64,000 nucleotides of DNA from Heptranchias perlo (lineage: Eukaryota): NCBI RefSeq assembly GCF_035084215.1, contig NW_027139453.1, forward strand, positions 8,866,001-8,930,000, in the 5' to 3' direction. This document shows positions 21,830 to 35,070 of this stretch, piece by piece (the first letter of the stretch is position 1; every line of letters begins with the position of its first letter). The translations under genes and the position numbers were made by a program. The notes beneath the pieces were generated by a model, which did no database searches, was not told the origin of the DNA, and worked only from the letters and a program-made list of their open reading frames with translations.

Positions 21830-24800
21830 CATCTGCCACTGTCCTCCTCACTGTTCACAACACTTCCAAGCTTTGTGTCATCTGCAAATTTTGAAATTTT
21901 AACCTGTACACCCAAGTCCAAGTCATTAATATATCTGGGGAGTCCAGAACGAGGGGTCACAGTCTCAGGATCCGGGGTATGCCAATTAGAAACTTGATGA
22001 GTAGAAATGTTTTCACTCAGAGGGTGGCGAACCTGTGGAATTTGCTACCACAGCAGGCAGTGGAGGCCAATCATTAGATATATACAAGAAGGAGATAGAT
22101 ATATTTCTTAATGCTAAAGGGATCAAGGGATATGGGGGAAAAGCGAGAACAGGGTACTGAGTTGAACGATCAGCCATGATCATTTCGAATGGCAGACCAG
22201 GCCCGAAGGGCCGAATGACCTATTCTTGCTCCTATTTTATATGTTTCTATGTTTCTAACAAGAAAAGCAATGTTCCCAGCACCAACCCCTGGTGAACACC
22301 ACTGTACACCTCCCTCCAGTCCAAAAAAGCAACCGTTGACCACTACTTTCTGTTTCTTGTCCCTTAGCCAATTTTATATCCATGTTGCTGCTGTCCCTTT
22401 ATTCCATGGGTTGCAATCTTGAAGATAAGCCTATCGTGCGGCACTTCATCAAACGCCTTTTGAAAGTCCATATACGCCATTTCAACTGTCTTGCCCTCAT
22501 CTACCCTCTCTGTTACCTCATCAAAAACTCTATCAGGTTAGTTAAACACGATTTGCCGTTAACAAATCCGTGCTGGCTTTCCCTAATCAATGCACACGCG
22601 CCCAAGGGACTGTGAATTCAGTTCCGAATTATTGTTTCTAAAAGTTTCCCCACTATTGAGGTTAAGCTGACTGGCCATTAGTTGCTGGGTCGAACCTTGC
22701 ACAATTTCTTGAACAATGGTGTAACATTTGCAATTCTCCAGTTCTCTGCCACCACCTCTGTATCTATGGATGTTTGGAAGATTATGGCCAGCACTCCAAC
22801 AATTTTCACCCTTACTTCCCTCAGCAACCGAGGATGCATTCCATCCGGACCGCGTGACTTATCTACTTTAAGTACAAATAACCTTTCAATACCTCTTCTT
22901 TATCAATTTTTATCCCATCCAGTATCTCAACTATATCTTCCTTTTCTGAAGTATCCCATATACCTTTAGTTAAAAAAATCTATCAATCTCAGATTTAAAA
23001 TGAGCAATTAAGAGAGCATCAATTGCCATTTGCGGAAGAGAGTTCCAAACTTCTATTACACTTCGCTGTAGAAGTATTTCCTAACGTTAGTCGTGAAAGT
23101 CTTGGCTCTAAGTTTGAGATTATGTCCCCTGGTCCTGGACTCCCCAACCAGCAGAAATTGTTTCTATCCTATCAGCTCCCCTTAATATCTTGAAAACTTC
23201 GATCAAATCACCCCTTAAACTTCTAAATTCCAGGGAATTCAAAGGTAGTTTGTGAAATCTCTCCTCGTAATTTAACCCTTGGAGTCCTGGTGTCATTCTA
23301 GTAAATCTACGCTGCACTCCCTTCAAGGTCAACGTGTCCTTCCTAAAATGCGGTGCCTAGAACTGAACACAATACTCCAGGTGTGGTCTGAACAGGGCTT
23401 TGTATAGCTGCAGCATAAATTCTACCCTTTTGTATTCTAGTCCTCTCGATATAAAGGCCAGCATTCCATTAACCTTTCTGATTATTTCCTGTACCTGTCC
23501 ATGAATTTTTAATGATCTATGTGCATGGACCCCAAAGTCTCTTTCGACCTCCACTGCTTCGAGCTTTCCGCCATTGAGAAAGTAGTCTGATCTCTCCTTT
23601 TTAGATCCAAAGTGGGTGACCACACATTTGCCTGCACTGAAATCCATTTGCCAAAGTTTTGTCCATTCACTGAAACCATTAATTGCTCTCTGTAATTTTA
23701 TGCTTCCATCTACACTGCTTACAATGCTGTCTGTCTTTGTGTTATCGCCAAACTTGGATACGCGGCTCTCTCTCCTGTCATCCAAGTCGATAATAAATAC
23801 AGTGAATACTTGATGCCCAAACACCGATCCCTGTGTGACACCACTAGTCATACCCTGCCAACTTGAGCACCTGTCCATTATCCCTACTCTCTGTCTCCTG
23901 CAGCTCAGCCAATTTTATAACCACATCAATAATTTATGCTCAATTCCATGAGCTTCAACTTTAGCTAACAGCCTCTTACGAGGGGCTTTACGAAAGCCTT
24001 CTGGAAGTCCAAATAAACAACATCCATTGACATTCCGCTGTCTACTACTTTAGTCACCTATTCAAAAAACTCAATCAGGATCTTCAGGCATGTGCTATCG
24101 TTTACAAATCCATGCTGGCTCTTTCTGATCAGCTAAATATATTCAATTTGTTCACTCACTCTATACTTAATTATAGAATCAGGTAATTTGCTAGGCTAAC
24201 TGGTCCAAAGTTCCATAATTTCTCTCTCTCGCCTTTCTTAAATAATCGAGTGGCATGTGGAAATTTCTGATCTAAGAGAACGGTTGAATAACCGAGAGAA
24301 GTTTTGAAGATTATAGTTAGGGCATTTGCAATGTTCTCACCTATTTATTTTGAACCTTGAGATGGAAACCATCTGGTCCTGGGAACTTGTCACTCTTTTG
24401 TGCCATTAATTTCTTCATTACTGTTAATTTGCTTACGTTAAATATGGTGAGTCCCCGTCCCCGATTCAAAATTAGTTGCCTTGGGGATCTGGCATCTCTT
24501 CATCAACTGTAAATACTGATGCAAATTAATTATTTACCATGTCCGCCGTTCCCTTATTTTCCTTTGCAATATCAACTCTATCCGCTTTCAATGGACCCAC
24601 ATTTCCTTTGAAAACCGTCTTATTCCGAATATAATTGTGAACATTTTTGTGTGGATTTTGATATCCCTTGCAAGTTTCTTTTCATTCTCCCTTTTTGTAG
24701 CTCCCACTATATGTGTTGTCACCCTTTGCTGTTTTTCGTATCTCTCCCAGGCGCCAGGATCTGTGTTATTTTTTGCATTTTTGTACGCTTGTTCTTTCAG

Positions 24801-25700
24801 TTTTATGTTGTCCATTACCTCTTCTTTCGTGCATGGCTGATTTTTTGTCAAGTAAAGCTCTTGACCATTGGGTGTAATCTGGTTCTGTATCATGTTAAAT
24901 TATTTCATGAACACCGCCCACTGATTTTCTGTCGTTTTACCCATTAACAGATTTGCCCAGTTTACTGTGGACAGCCGCTGACTCATCCCGTTGAAGTTGG
25001 CCTTACCTAAATTCAGAATCTTAGTAGCTGACACGGGTTTCTCCCTTTCAAACAGAACATTGAACTCCATCATATTCTGATCACTATTTGATAAATATTC
25101 AGGCACCGTTAGGCTGTTAACTAAATCTGGCTCATTACTTAATGTTAAATCTAATATGGTCTGTTCCCTTGTTGTTTTCAGGACATATTGTTGCAGAAAG
25201 CTGTCCTGAACACACTCAAGAAATTTGCTACCTTTCTGACATGAGCTCGTCTGCTTATCCCAATCACTATGAAAGAAAAATCACTCACCTGCCTTTGCTA
25301 CATGCATGTCTAATCTCTGCATTTATACATTCTGCCATTTCACAGCAACTACCAGAGGGACGATACACAACTCTCACTGCAGTCGTAAATATTTTCCTAT
25401 TTCTTAATTCTACCCATAAAGTCTCGACTGCCTGCTTACCTCTCGTTATATCCTGTCTTATCATTGAATTAATTCGGTCCTAACTCACTGGGCTATTCCG
25501 CCACTCTAACAGTTTTTCTATCCTTCCTACAGACTTGATAACCTGGTGCATTCATTTCCCAGTCTTTATCGTCCTGCAGCCATGTCTCAGTAATGGCTAC
25601 CGTGTCATACCCTGTAAGTTGAATTTCTGCCTGCAATTCGTTCAACCTGTTCCTTATACTCTGTGCGTTTGCATAAAGAACGCTTATTTGGGTCCCATAC
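21830..25700 (-). mobile_element. Degenerate CR1 LINEs (endonuclease through RT relics)
   Basis: ORFs 23357..23878 (SGVTQGSV..PHLEYCVQF), 24588..24893 and 24900..25106. Confidence 0.85.
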
Positions 25701-27704
25701 CGTAATTGACTGCCTTCTGGAAGTCGACATAAACATTCCCCTGTCCATTACTTTAGCCACGACTTCAAAACATTCAATTAGGATCGTCAGGCATCTGCTG
25801 TCCTTTGCAAATCCATGCAGACTCCCTTTGCTTCTGCTCTAATGTTGTTTTTCTCATTATTTCTTATTTCTCTCCCCTAATATAATTACTTTACATCTTT
25901 CAGTTTTTGCGTTGTTTGTAGTGCATAATTTTTAACTTTCCTACTCGTTTCCTTTTCGTTTGTTTTTGAATTATCATTTTTACTACCTTTTCCACCTGAC
26001 CGCTCCCCCTCCACATTTACAAGTTTAAAGTCCATGTGACCGCCCTATTTATCCTTTATGCTGGGTCATGGTGCCAGCCTGGTTAAGGTGGTGTCCGTCC
26101 CAACGGTACAGTTCCTTCCTGTCCCAGTACTGATGTCATTGTCGCATGAAATGTTGCCACTCTTTCTCTTATCACTCCTTCAGCCACGTGTTCACCTCGC
26201 TAATCTGCGTATCCCCATGCCAATTTGCACGTACCTCGGGTGATAATCCAGCGATTATTGCTCTTAGGACCTCATTATTTGAACCATATTCTGTTCGCAA
26301 TTATATATTGCGATAAGTACATCAAGAGAAGGCATTTACAGGGCAATGCGAATAGGGCAGAAGAGTGGGTCAAATTGGATAGCTGTATCAAACAGGAACG
26401 TTGCGGTGAATGGCCTCCTTCGATGCTGTATCATACTATGATACAATGACACAATGACACTATTTGAAGCAATGCAAATGTAACAAATTAAGAACATAAG
26501 AACATGCGAAATAGGAGCAAGAGCAGAGCATGCAGCCCCCGAGCTTGTTTCGCCATTAAATAATTTCATGGCTGATCTTCGACCTCAACTCTACTTTCCA
26601 GCCTGTTCCCCACATCCCTTCATTCCACGAGAGTTTAAAATTCTATCGATCTCAGTCTTGAATATATTCAACTACTGAGTATACTGAGCTTCCACAGCTC
26701 TCTGGGATAGAGAACCCCAAAGATTCACAACCGTCTGAGTGAAGATATTTCTCCTCATCTCAATGCTAAATGGCCAAGAACTTACCCTGTGACAATGATC
26801 CTCAGTTCTAGACGCTCCAGCCAGGGGGTACAGCCTCTCAGCGTCTACTATGCTAAGCATTCTTGCAATCTTATATGTTTCATTGAGATCATCTCTCATT
26901 CTTCTAAACTCGAGAGAGTATAGGCCCACTCAATCTCTCCTCATGTCACAACCCTCTCATCCCAGGAATTAATCTCGTGAACCTTTGTTGCACCGCCTCA
27001 AAAGCAAGTATATCCTTCCTTAGATAAGGAGAGCAAAACTGTACGCAGTTCTCCAGGTGAGGTCTCATCAAAACCCTGTACAAATGCAGTTAGACTTCCT
27101 TACTCTCGTATTCCACCTCCTAACAATAAAGGCCAACATACCATTTGCCTTCCTAATTGTTTGATGTACCTGCATGTTACATTTCTGTGTTTCTGGTACA
27201 AGGACATCCAGATTTCTCTGAACACCAACATTCAATAGTTTCTCATCAATTAAAAATATTCCGTTTCTCTAGTCTTCCTACCAAAGTAAATAACTTCACA
27301 TGTCCCCTCATTATACTTGTTCTGCCACCTTCTTGGCGACTCAGTTAACCTGTCTATTTCTCTTTGCAGAGTCTTATTGTCCTCCTCACATTTTACTTTC
27401 CCACCCAGCTTTGTAACGTCAGTAAACTTGGATAAATTATTCTCGGTTCCTTCATCCAAGTCATAAATATAGATTGTAAACAGCTGAGGCCCAAACACTG
27501 ATCCTTGCGGTGCTCCATTAGTTACAGCCTGCCAAACTGAAAATGACCCTTTTATTCCAACTCTGTTTTCTGACCGTTAACCAATCCCCTATCCATGATA
27601 ATATAGTACCCAAAAACCCAAGAGCCCTTATGTTATGTACCAACGTTTTGTGTAACAGCTAATGGCTTTTGAAAATACAAATATACGACATCTACTGGTT
27701 CTCC

Positions 27705-29210
27705 TTTTTTTATTCGTTCATGGGATGTGGGCGTCGCTGGAGAGGGGGGCATTTATTGCCCATCCCTAATTGCGCTTGAGAAGGTGGTGGTGAGCCGCCT
27801 TCTTGAACCGCTGCAGTCCGTGTTGTGAAGGTTCTCCCACAGAGCTGTTAGGAAGTGAGTTCCAGAATATTGACCCAGCGACGATGAAGAGACGGCGATA
27901 TATTTCCAAGTCAGGATGGAGTGGGAATTCGAGGGGAACGTGCAGGTGGTGTTGTTCCCATGTACCTGCTGCTCTTGTCCTTCTAGTTGGTAGAGGTCGC
28001 GGGTTTGGGCGGTGCTGTCGAGGAAGCCTTGGCGGGCGAGATGCTGCAGTGCATCCCTATGGATTTTAGACACTGCAGCCACAGTGCGCCGCTGGTGAAG
28101 GGAGTGAATGTATAGGGTGGTGGATGGGCTGCCAATCAAGCGGGATGCTTTGTCCTGGATGGTGTGGAGCTTCTTGAGTGTTGTTGGAGCTGCACTCATC
28201 CAGGCAAGTGGAGAATATTCCATCACACTCCTGACTTGTATATTGTAGATGGTGGAAAGGCTTTGGGGAATCAGGACGTGAGTTCCTCGCCGCAGAATAC
28301 CCAGCCTCGGACCTGTTCTTGTAGCCATAATATTTATATGGCTGGTCCAGTTAAGTTTCTGTTGAATGGTGACCCCCAAGACCTTGATGATGGGGGATTC
28401 GGCGATGGTAATGTCATTGAATGTCAAGGGGAGGTGGTTTGACACTCTTTTGTTGGAGATGGCCATTGCCTGGCGCTTGTCTGGCGCGAATGTTCCTTGT
28501 CACTTATGAGACCAAGCCTGGATGTTGTCCAAGTCTTGCTGCATGCAGGCTCGGACTGCTTCAGTATTTGAGGGGTTGCGAATGGAACTGAACACTGTAC
28601 AATCACCAGCGAACATCCCCATTTCTGACCTTATGATGGAGGGAAGGTCATTGATGAAGCAGCTGAAGATGGTTGGGCCTAGGACACTGCCCTGAGGAAC
28701 TCCTGCAGCAATGTCCTGTGTCTGAGATGAATTGCCTCCAACAAGCACTAACATCTTCCTTTGTGCTCGGTATGACTCCAGCCACTGGAGAGTTTTCCCC
28801 CTGATTCCTATTGACTTCAATTTTACTACCGTTCCTTGGTGCCACACTTGGTCAAATGCTGCCTTGATATCAAGGGCAGTCACTCTCACCTCACCTCTGC
28901 AATTCAGCTTTTTTGTCCCTGTGTGGACCAAGGCTATAATGAGGTCTGGAGCCGAGTGGTCCTGGCGGAACCCAAACTGAGCATCGGTGAGCAGGTTATT
29001 GTTGAATAAGTGCCGCTTGATAGCACTGTCGACGACACCTTCCATCACTTTGTTGATGATTGAGAGTAGACTGATGGGGCGTTAATTGGCCGGACTGGAT
29101 TTGTCCTGCTTTTTGTGCACAGGACATACCTGGGCAATTTTCCACATTGTCGGGTAGATGTCAGTGTTGTAGCTGTACTGGAACAGCTTGGCTAGAGGCC
29201 GAGCTAGTTC
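27705..29210 (-). mobile_element. Second CR1/L2-clade LINE family inserted into a minus-strand CR1 (host ~26490-27700 and ~29210-29690)
   Basis: ORF 28500..29048 (QFGFR, ALDIKAAFD, GVPQGSVLGP); A-tailed 3' end ...CATCCCATGAACGAATAAAA; same 3' end at ~16320-16460 and ~21310-21710 (+). Confidence 0.85.
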
Positions 29211-29719
29211 TGCTTACTAATCTTTTTGGCAACTTTTTAGGCCTCTTCGCTTTAAGCTAATACTATCCTTAGCTTCTCAAGTTCGCCACGGTTGGATCAC
29301 TCTTCGCGGGAATGATGTTATTCCTCAAGGGAATGGATACTCCTTCAAAATTATGAAATATTTCTTTAAATGTTCGCCATGGCTATTTGCCATCATAACT
29401 TTTCATCTAATTTCCTAATTAATCTTGGCCAACTCGCCCTTCATACTTATGTAATTGACTTTATTTAAGTTTAAGACTCTAGTTTCGGACTTAATGATTT
29501 CTCTCTCGAACTCAAAGTGAAATTCTGTCATATTATGACCACTCTTCCCCAGTCGATCCCTTACTATGAGATTACTAATTAACCCTGTTTCATTGCACCA
29601 GAGGAGGTATAAAATAATTTATTCCCTGGTTGGTTCCACGATATATTGTTGTAGGAAACTGTCCCGAATACATTCCAAGAACTCATCGTACAAACTATTT
29701 ATTATTAATTTCCTTCCCT

Positions 29720-30000
29720 CGTTCTTTTCCCTTCTTTCTCTCTTTCTGTCTCTCTTTATTTATTTGTTTGCTTTTGTTTATTTTTCTTTCCTTCATTTTT
29801 TTTCTTTCGTGTTTCTTTTTCTTTATGTTTTTCTTTCATTTATTATTCATTTTTTTCCTTTCTTTCTCCCTTCCTCGTTTTTTCGTTCTCCCTCGTTCTT
29901 TCCTTCTCTCTCCCTCTTTGTTTATTTTTGTCTTTCTCTCTTTCTTTCTTTATACCTTTTTCTTTAACTCTTTTCCTTCTTTTCGATTCTCTTCGTTTCC
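29720..30000. repeat. (TTTC)n-like pyrimidine microsatellite (similar tracts 4670-4850 and 32095-32280)
   Basis: Low-complexity sequence. Confidence 0.9.
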
Positions 30001-31196
30001 TTTACTTGACCTGACTTAATAAATCACAATATGCAGATTATTCAGTTTCCTTTGCAAATAAAAACAAAGAGTGAAACAAAATAACGTGGGTAGTCATTGG
30101 TATCTGGCGTCGCGAGAAAACAACAGACATAAGGAAGTCTAAGTGTTTTTTTGTGCTAAATGGTCGAGAAGTGATGGCGTTACAGGGAATCGTCGACCTC
30201 CTGCATTCTTGCTCATTCTGCGCCGAAGCGTGTACTGGTACAGGATACAATGGAGCTACAGCGAACCTAGTGGTTACAACCTGAAACTACAAGCACCTGG
30301 GATTTCAGGCTTTCCCAGTCTCACCGATTATGTAGATATTTTCAAGTAACATATTCAAATTGATCCGCCTTCCAATTTTCTCCTCTCCTTCAGGTGCTGT
30401 CGCTTGTTACATGGATTGCGTCGAATATACAGCGCAGAATGAGGCCATTCGACCCAAGAGGTCTATGGTGGTGTTTATGCTCAACAGGAGCCTTATCCCA
30501 CCCCTCTTCTTCGAACCCTATCAGCATGCTCTTCTATTTATTTTACCCTCATGCCTAGCTGCTCCTTAAATACATCTGTAATATTCGTCTCAACCACACA
30601 ACGTGGTAGCGAGTTCCACATTCTCACCACTCTCTTGGTAAAGAAGTTTCTCTTGAATTCCTTATTGGATTTATTAATGACGATCTTATATTCATCAACC
30701 CTAGTTTCGGTCTCTCCCACAAATGGAAAACGCTTCACTACCTCTACCCTTTCAAATCATTTTATAATCTTTAAGACCTCTATCAGGTCACCACTCAGCC
30801 TTCTCTTTTCCAGATAAAAGAGCCCCAGCCTGTTCAGTCTTTCCTGATAGTTGTAACCTCTCAAGTTGAGGCAGCGTCTCTTGGGCATCGGCAGCCATTA
30901 TTCACGTGCGAGCGCAGAGTATGTGCGTTGACAGAATGTTCGATCTTGGGAAGATGAGGACGGGGTAAGAGTGTTCTCATCTGACGCCAATTAACACGCC
31001 CACTTTCCTGGAGATAGTTCCCCTGATGGCAACTAAGAGAGCCAATTCCGGTCCGTGCCTGCAATTGGCCAAATGCTGCACACACAGCGCGGATTGAACG
31101 GGTGCAGTTCTGCACTCAGTCACACGGGGGCGCTCCTCTATGACGTCAGTGTTCGAGGGTTTTTGTCAAGGCGCCAAATGAACCTGAGTCGCTGTG

Positions 31197-31505
31197 TCCC
31201 ATCACCGGCTGCACAGAAATACACCGCCACATCAATGGGTTTGACACTGTTGATCTTCAAAATGGATTTCTTATTTTCCATTGTCCGTGTAATGACAAAC
31301 CTGTTTTCAAAATCATTTTCATACTGAGCGTCACCACCTGTATAAATAGAGCCGATTAAGACGAAGCCCCCGCCGGTGGACTGATAATACCACAGCATGT
31401 AATTGCGCAGCGTCCCGTTCTGAAAACAGTTCAGTTCGGCGGATCCTCGATCGTTAACGCTGAGAAAGCGGGGCCATTGATGCACCACATCGCCCCGGGA
31501 AACAC
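31197..31505 (-). CDS. TRBV: TRBV exon V2 (VHQWP...NC...WYYQ...YFCAAGD), same family as V1/V3
   Basis: Open V frame; acceptor TTTCCAG; RSS CACAGCG 31190-31196 / 23 / ACAAAAACC 31158-31166. Confidence 0.95.
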
Positions 31506-31886
31506 CTGGAAACAGTAATTGGGGAAAGAATTAGGATGCTTTATGTTGCACGTGCGACAATAGATGTGGGAGTTGCGCCGAATTAACGATATAAATTAAA
31601 TCTACAGCCAAATCTCCTACAAATACCTGGGACAATACAACTGTAAAATTGAACCGGAAAAGCTGCTTTAGGGTGAAAATATTACAAGGTTACACTAATA
31701 TTAATAACAGTTATTGACCAAAAAATAATAGATTAAAGAATCAACTATCATGTATTAAATAATTAATTGCTTGTATATCATTAATCGCGGTGACGTTAAC
31801 GAATTGCATTATTTAGGACATTAATTATCCTTTTCCGTTGATCAAGAATATAAATGAACAGTGACTGTCGTTCAATTTTAACATAC

Positions 31887-31932
31887 TCAGCATCATAAAG
31901 TAAACAGAGAAGACGAGGAAATTTAATCACAT
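31887..31932 (-). pseudogene. TRBV: V2 leader exon with a stop at codon 2 (M*LNFLVFSVYFMML)
   Basis: 46 nt and phase-1 GTATG donor like the V1 and V4 leaders, but reads ATG TGA. Confidence 0.78.
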
Positions 31933-32009
31933 CTTTGCGGGTTTCTAAGACACGTTCTGCTGCTTGTTCTGGCTTTAAGGGTGCGACCCAGGGTACATGC
32001 AAAATCGAA

Positions 32010-32032
32010 CGTCACAAGCGGAAGTGGCGTCA
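32010..32032 (-). promoter_or_regulatory. V2 promoter CRE-ETS-CRE composite
   Basis: Plus strand CGTCA-CAAGC-GGAA-GTGG-CGTCA. Confidence 0.75.
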
Positions 32033-32447
32033 AGACAACGATCTCTGTTCCTGTCGTTAAGTTATAATATTATCAGAGAATTAAATTATCCATTTGTTTG
32101 TTTCTTTCTCTCTTTCTTCCTTCCTTTCTGCCTTCCTTGTTTCTTTATTGTGTTCTGTCCTTTCTTGCTTTCCTTCCCTCTTACATTATTCACCTGCCTT
32201 TTCCTTCTTTCGTTTCTTTCCTTCTTTCTTTCCACCTTTCTATCTTTCTATCTTTCCTTCCCCTTTCCCAATTCACCCTACACTTTTGCATCTCTGCAAA
32301 TTTCTTCATTTTAGTTTCTCTTCAAGATGTTTTCAAGTAGAAGCGAGCAGAACATTAAATGTAGCATGGAGTGTGAGGTGGCTCGTCAAACGACTGTGTC
32401 TCGGTGACAGATTTTGTAAGGGCGCCCGATTTGTCTGCGGCACTGTG

Positions 32448-32756
32448 CACCATCACCAGCTGCACAGAAATAATCCGCCGCATTTGAGGGGTTAACGCTC
32501 TGAATCTTCAAACTAGACATCTTATCGTTCATAGTGCGTGTGATTTCAAATCCAGTTTTGAAACCATCTTCATATTCAGCTTTGCTGCTTCTGTAAATAT
32601 ACCCAATGATCGTCAGTCCTTGCCCAGCGGACTGCTGGTACCAGAGCATGTTATCTCGGGCTGTTCCATTCTGATAACAATTTATCTCGGCCTCTCCACC
32701 CTGGACAACAGCAATCGAACGGGGCCACTGATGTATCACATCCGCCAGCGGACAGT
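32448..32756 (-). CDS. TRBV: TRBV exon V3 (IHQWP...NC...WYQQ...YFCAAGD), apparently functional
   Basis: Open frame; acceptor TTTACAG; RSS CACAGTG 32441-32447 / 23 / ACAAAATCT 32409-32417. Confidence 0.95.
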
Positions 32757-33239
32757 CTGTAAAAGAGAAGTGAGATTTTTTTTAAAATCGGATAAAATTA
32801 AGAAATTTTCTTCGCTGTTCAACTTTTGGCCTGGGCGTGCAACTGGCATTGCAGAGCCGCGCCTGTATAACGGGCGGCCGATACGCAACGCTGGTTCTAT
32901 GATTTAAAATATTCCCGGATATCTCTGGGATTATCGACAAATTATCAATAGAATCGCAATTTTCTTGCAGTTAGGTAAGATAAAAAAGGATTATTTAAAT
33001 TTCATTTATAATGAGAACAATTTATACATCAATAGACAGTAAAACAGCTAAAATCACTTTAAGCAATCAATAGGCAAAAAGCTTACAGTTTAAAATAAAT
33101 TATCGATATTTAATAATTGATTGCTCATATATTAATGCTCGATAATAATATTAAGGCATGGCACGATGTAGTTTAGTAAATATTTTCGGTGGTAATGTGA
33201 TATTAGAATAACACTTATAATCATTTAACGTTATCTTAC

Positions 33240-33288
33240 ACGGCAACAGAAATAAAAGAGCAAAGAACAGCAAACACAAATGCATCAT
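33240..33288 (-). CDS. TRBV: V3 leader exon (MMHLCLLFFALLFLLP)
   Basis: Hydrophobic; phase-1 GTAAG donor 33235-33239. Confidence 0.9.
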
Positions 33289-33370
33289 TGAAGGCAATCG
33301 ACGATATAATGCGGCAGATGAGGCCTGACAGAAATTGCGACGCTGATTCTTATGCATATGTAAAATGAAA

Positions 33371-33393
33371 CGTCAGAACAGGAAGCTGCGTAA
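33371..33393 (-). promoter_or_regulatory. V3 promoter CRE-ETS-CRE composite
   Basis: Plus strand CGTCA-GAACA-GGAA-GCTG-CGTAA. Confidence 0.72.
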
Positions 33394-34429
33394 ATAAAAG
33401 GAAAGAATTTGCATTGATACAGCGCCTTCCGCGACCTCGGGCCGTCCCAAAGCGTTGGACAGCCAATTAAGTACTTTTCGAAGTGTAGTCACTGTTGTGA
33501 TGTAGGAAACGCGGCAGCTAATTTGTGAACAGCATGATCCCACAAACAGCAGTGTGATAATGAGTTCCCCTCATCTCCTCATCTGGTCTTTTTACCAATT
33601 ACCTTAAATCTGTGTCCTCTGGTTACCGACCCTTCTGTCAGTGGAAATAGTTTCTCCCTATCTACTCTATAAAACTCTTCACAATTTGAACACCGCTATT
33701 AAATTACACCTTAACCCTCTTTTCTCAAAGGAGAACAATCCCAATTTTGACATCTTTCCTAAATTGTGATGGCCAGAATTGGACACAATACTCCAGCTGA
33801 GTCCTAACCAATGATTTATAAATGTTGAGCATAACTTCCTTGCTTTTGTACTCTATGCCTCTACTTATAAAGCCCAGGATCCGATACGCTTTTTTAACAG
33901 CCTTATCAACTTGTCCTGCCAGCTTCAAAGACGTGTGCTTGGAAACTCTCAGGTCTCTCTGATCCAGCACTCCTTTTAAAATATGTACCCATAGCCTCGC
34001 CCTATCCTTTTCTGCCAACCATCCGCAGCCTACATCCCCCTGCGCTGCCTTTGGCCTCCAATGCCGGCTTTCTGTGCAAAACTTTCCCTTTACCCACTAA
34101 TGGTAACAGAGCAATCATATTCTCCAAAACAACTTTTATTGATATAGCGCCTTCACCGAGGACAACACGTCCCAAGGCGCTTCACAGGAGATTATCAGAC
34201 ACAATTTGTCACCAAGCCACACGAGGAGATAATAGAATAGGTCACCAAAAGATCGGTCAAAGAGGTAGGTTTTGAGGAGATCATTGAGGGAGGCGGAGAA
34301 GCGGAGAGGTTTTGGAGGGATTTCCAGAGCTCACGGTCCAGGCAGCTGAAAGTACGATCGCAAATGATGGAGCGATTAACAACAGGGATGCGCAAGAGGG
34401 CAGAATTGGAGGAGTGCAGTGATCTCGCA

Positions 34430-35070
34430 GGGTTGTGGGGGCTGAAGGTGGTTACGGAGATAGGGAGGGGCGAGGGCCATGGAGAAATCTCGTAGGGTTG
34501 TAGGGCCGGAGGACGTTGCAGAGATAGGGAGGGGCGAGGGTAATGGAGAAATCTCGTAGGGTTGTAGGGGCTGGAGGAGGTTACAGAGATAGGGAGGGGC
34601 GAGGGCCATGGAGAAATCTCGTAGGGTTGTAGGGGCTGGAGGAGGTTACAGAGATAGGGAGGGGCGAGGGCCATGCAGAGATCTCGGAGGGTTGCATGGC
34701 CGGAGGAGGTTATGGAGATAGGGAGGGGCGAGGGCAATGGAGAGATCTCGGAGTGTTGTAGGGCCGGAGGAGGTTACAGAGATAGGGAGGGGCGAGGGCC
34801 ATGCAGAGATCTCGGAGGGTTGTAGGGCCGGAGGAGGTAACAGAGATAGGGAGGGACGAGGGCCATGGAGAGATCTCGGAGGGTTGTAGGGCCGGAGGAG
34901 GTTACAGAGATAGGGAGGGGCGAGGGCCATGGGGAGATCTCGGAGGGTTGTAGGGCCGGAGGAGGTTATGGAGATAGGGAGCGGCGAGGGCCATGGAGAG
35001 ATCTCGGAGGGTTGTAGGGCCGGAGGAGGTTACAGAGATAGGGAGTGGCGAGGTCCATGGAGAGATTTGT
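34430..35070. repeat. 64-bp tandem array (~10 copies) amplified from inside an L2 fragment
   Basis: Unit starts at 34801, 34865, 34929. Confidence 0.92.

Noticed and set aside
30143-30349. Plus-strand ORF containing VYWYR, suggesting an inverted V
   Set aside because: No properly spaced Cys23/Cys104 and no RSS
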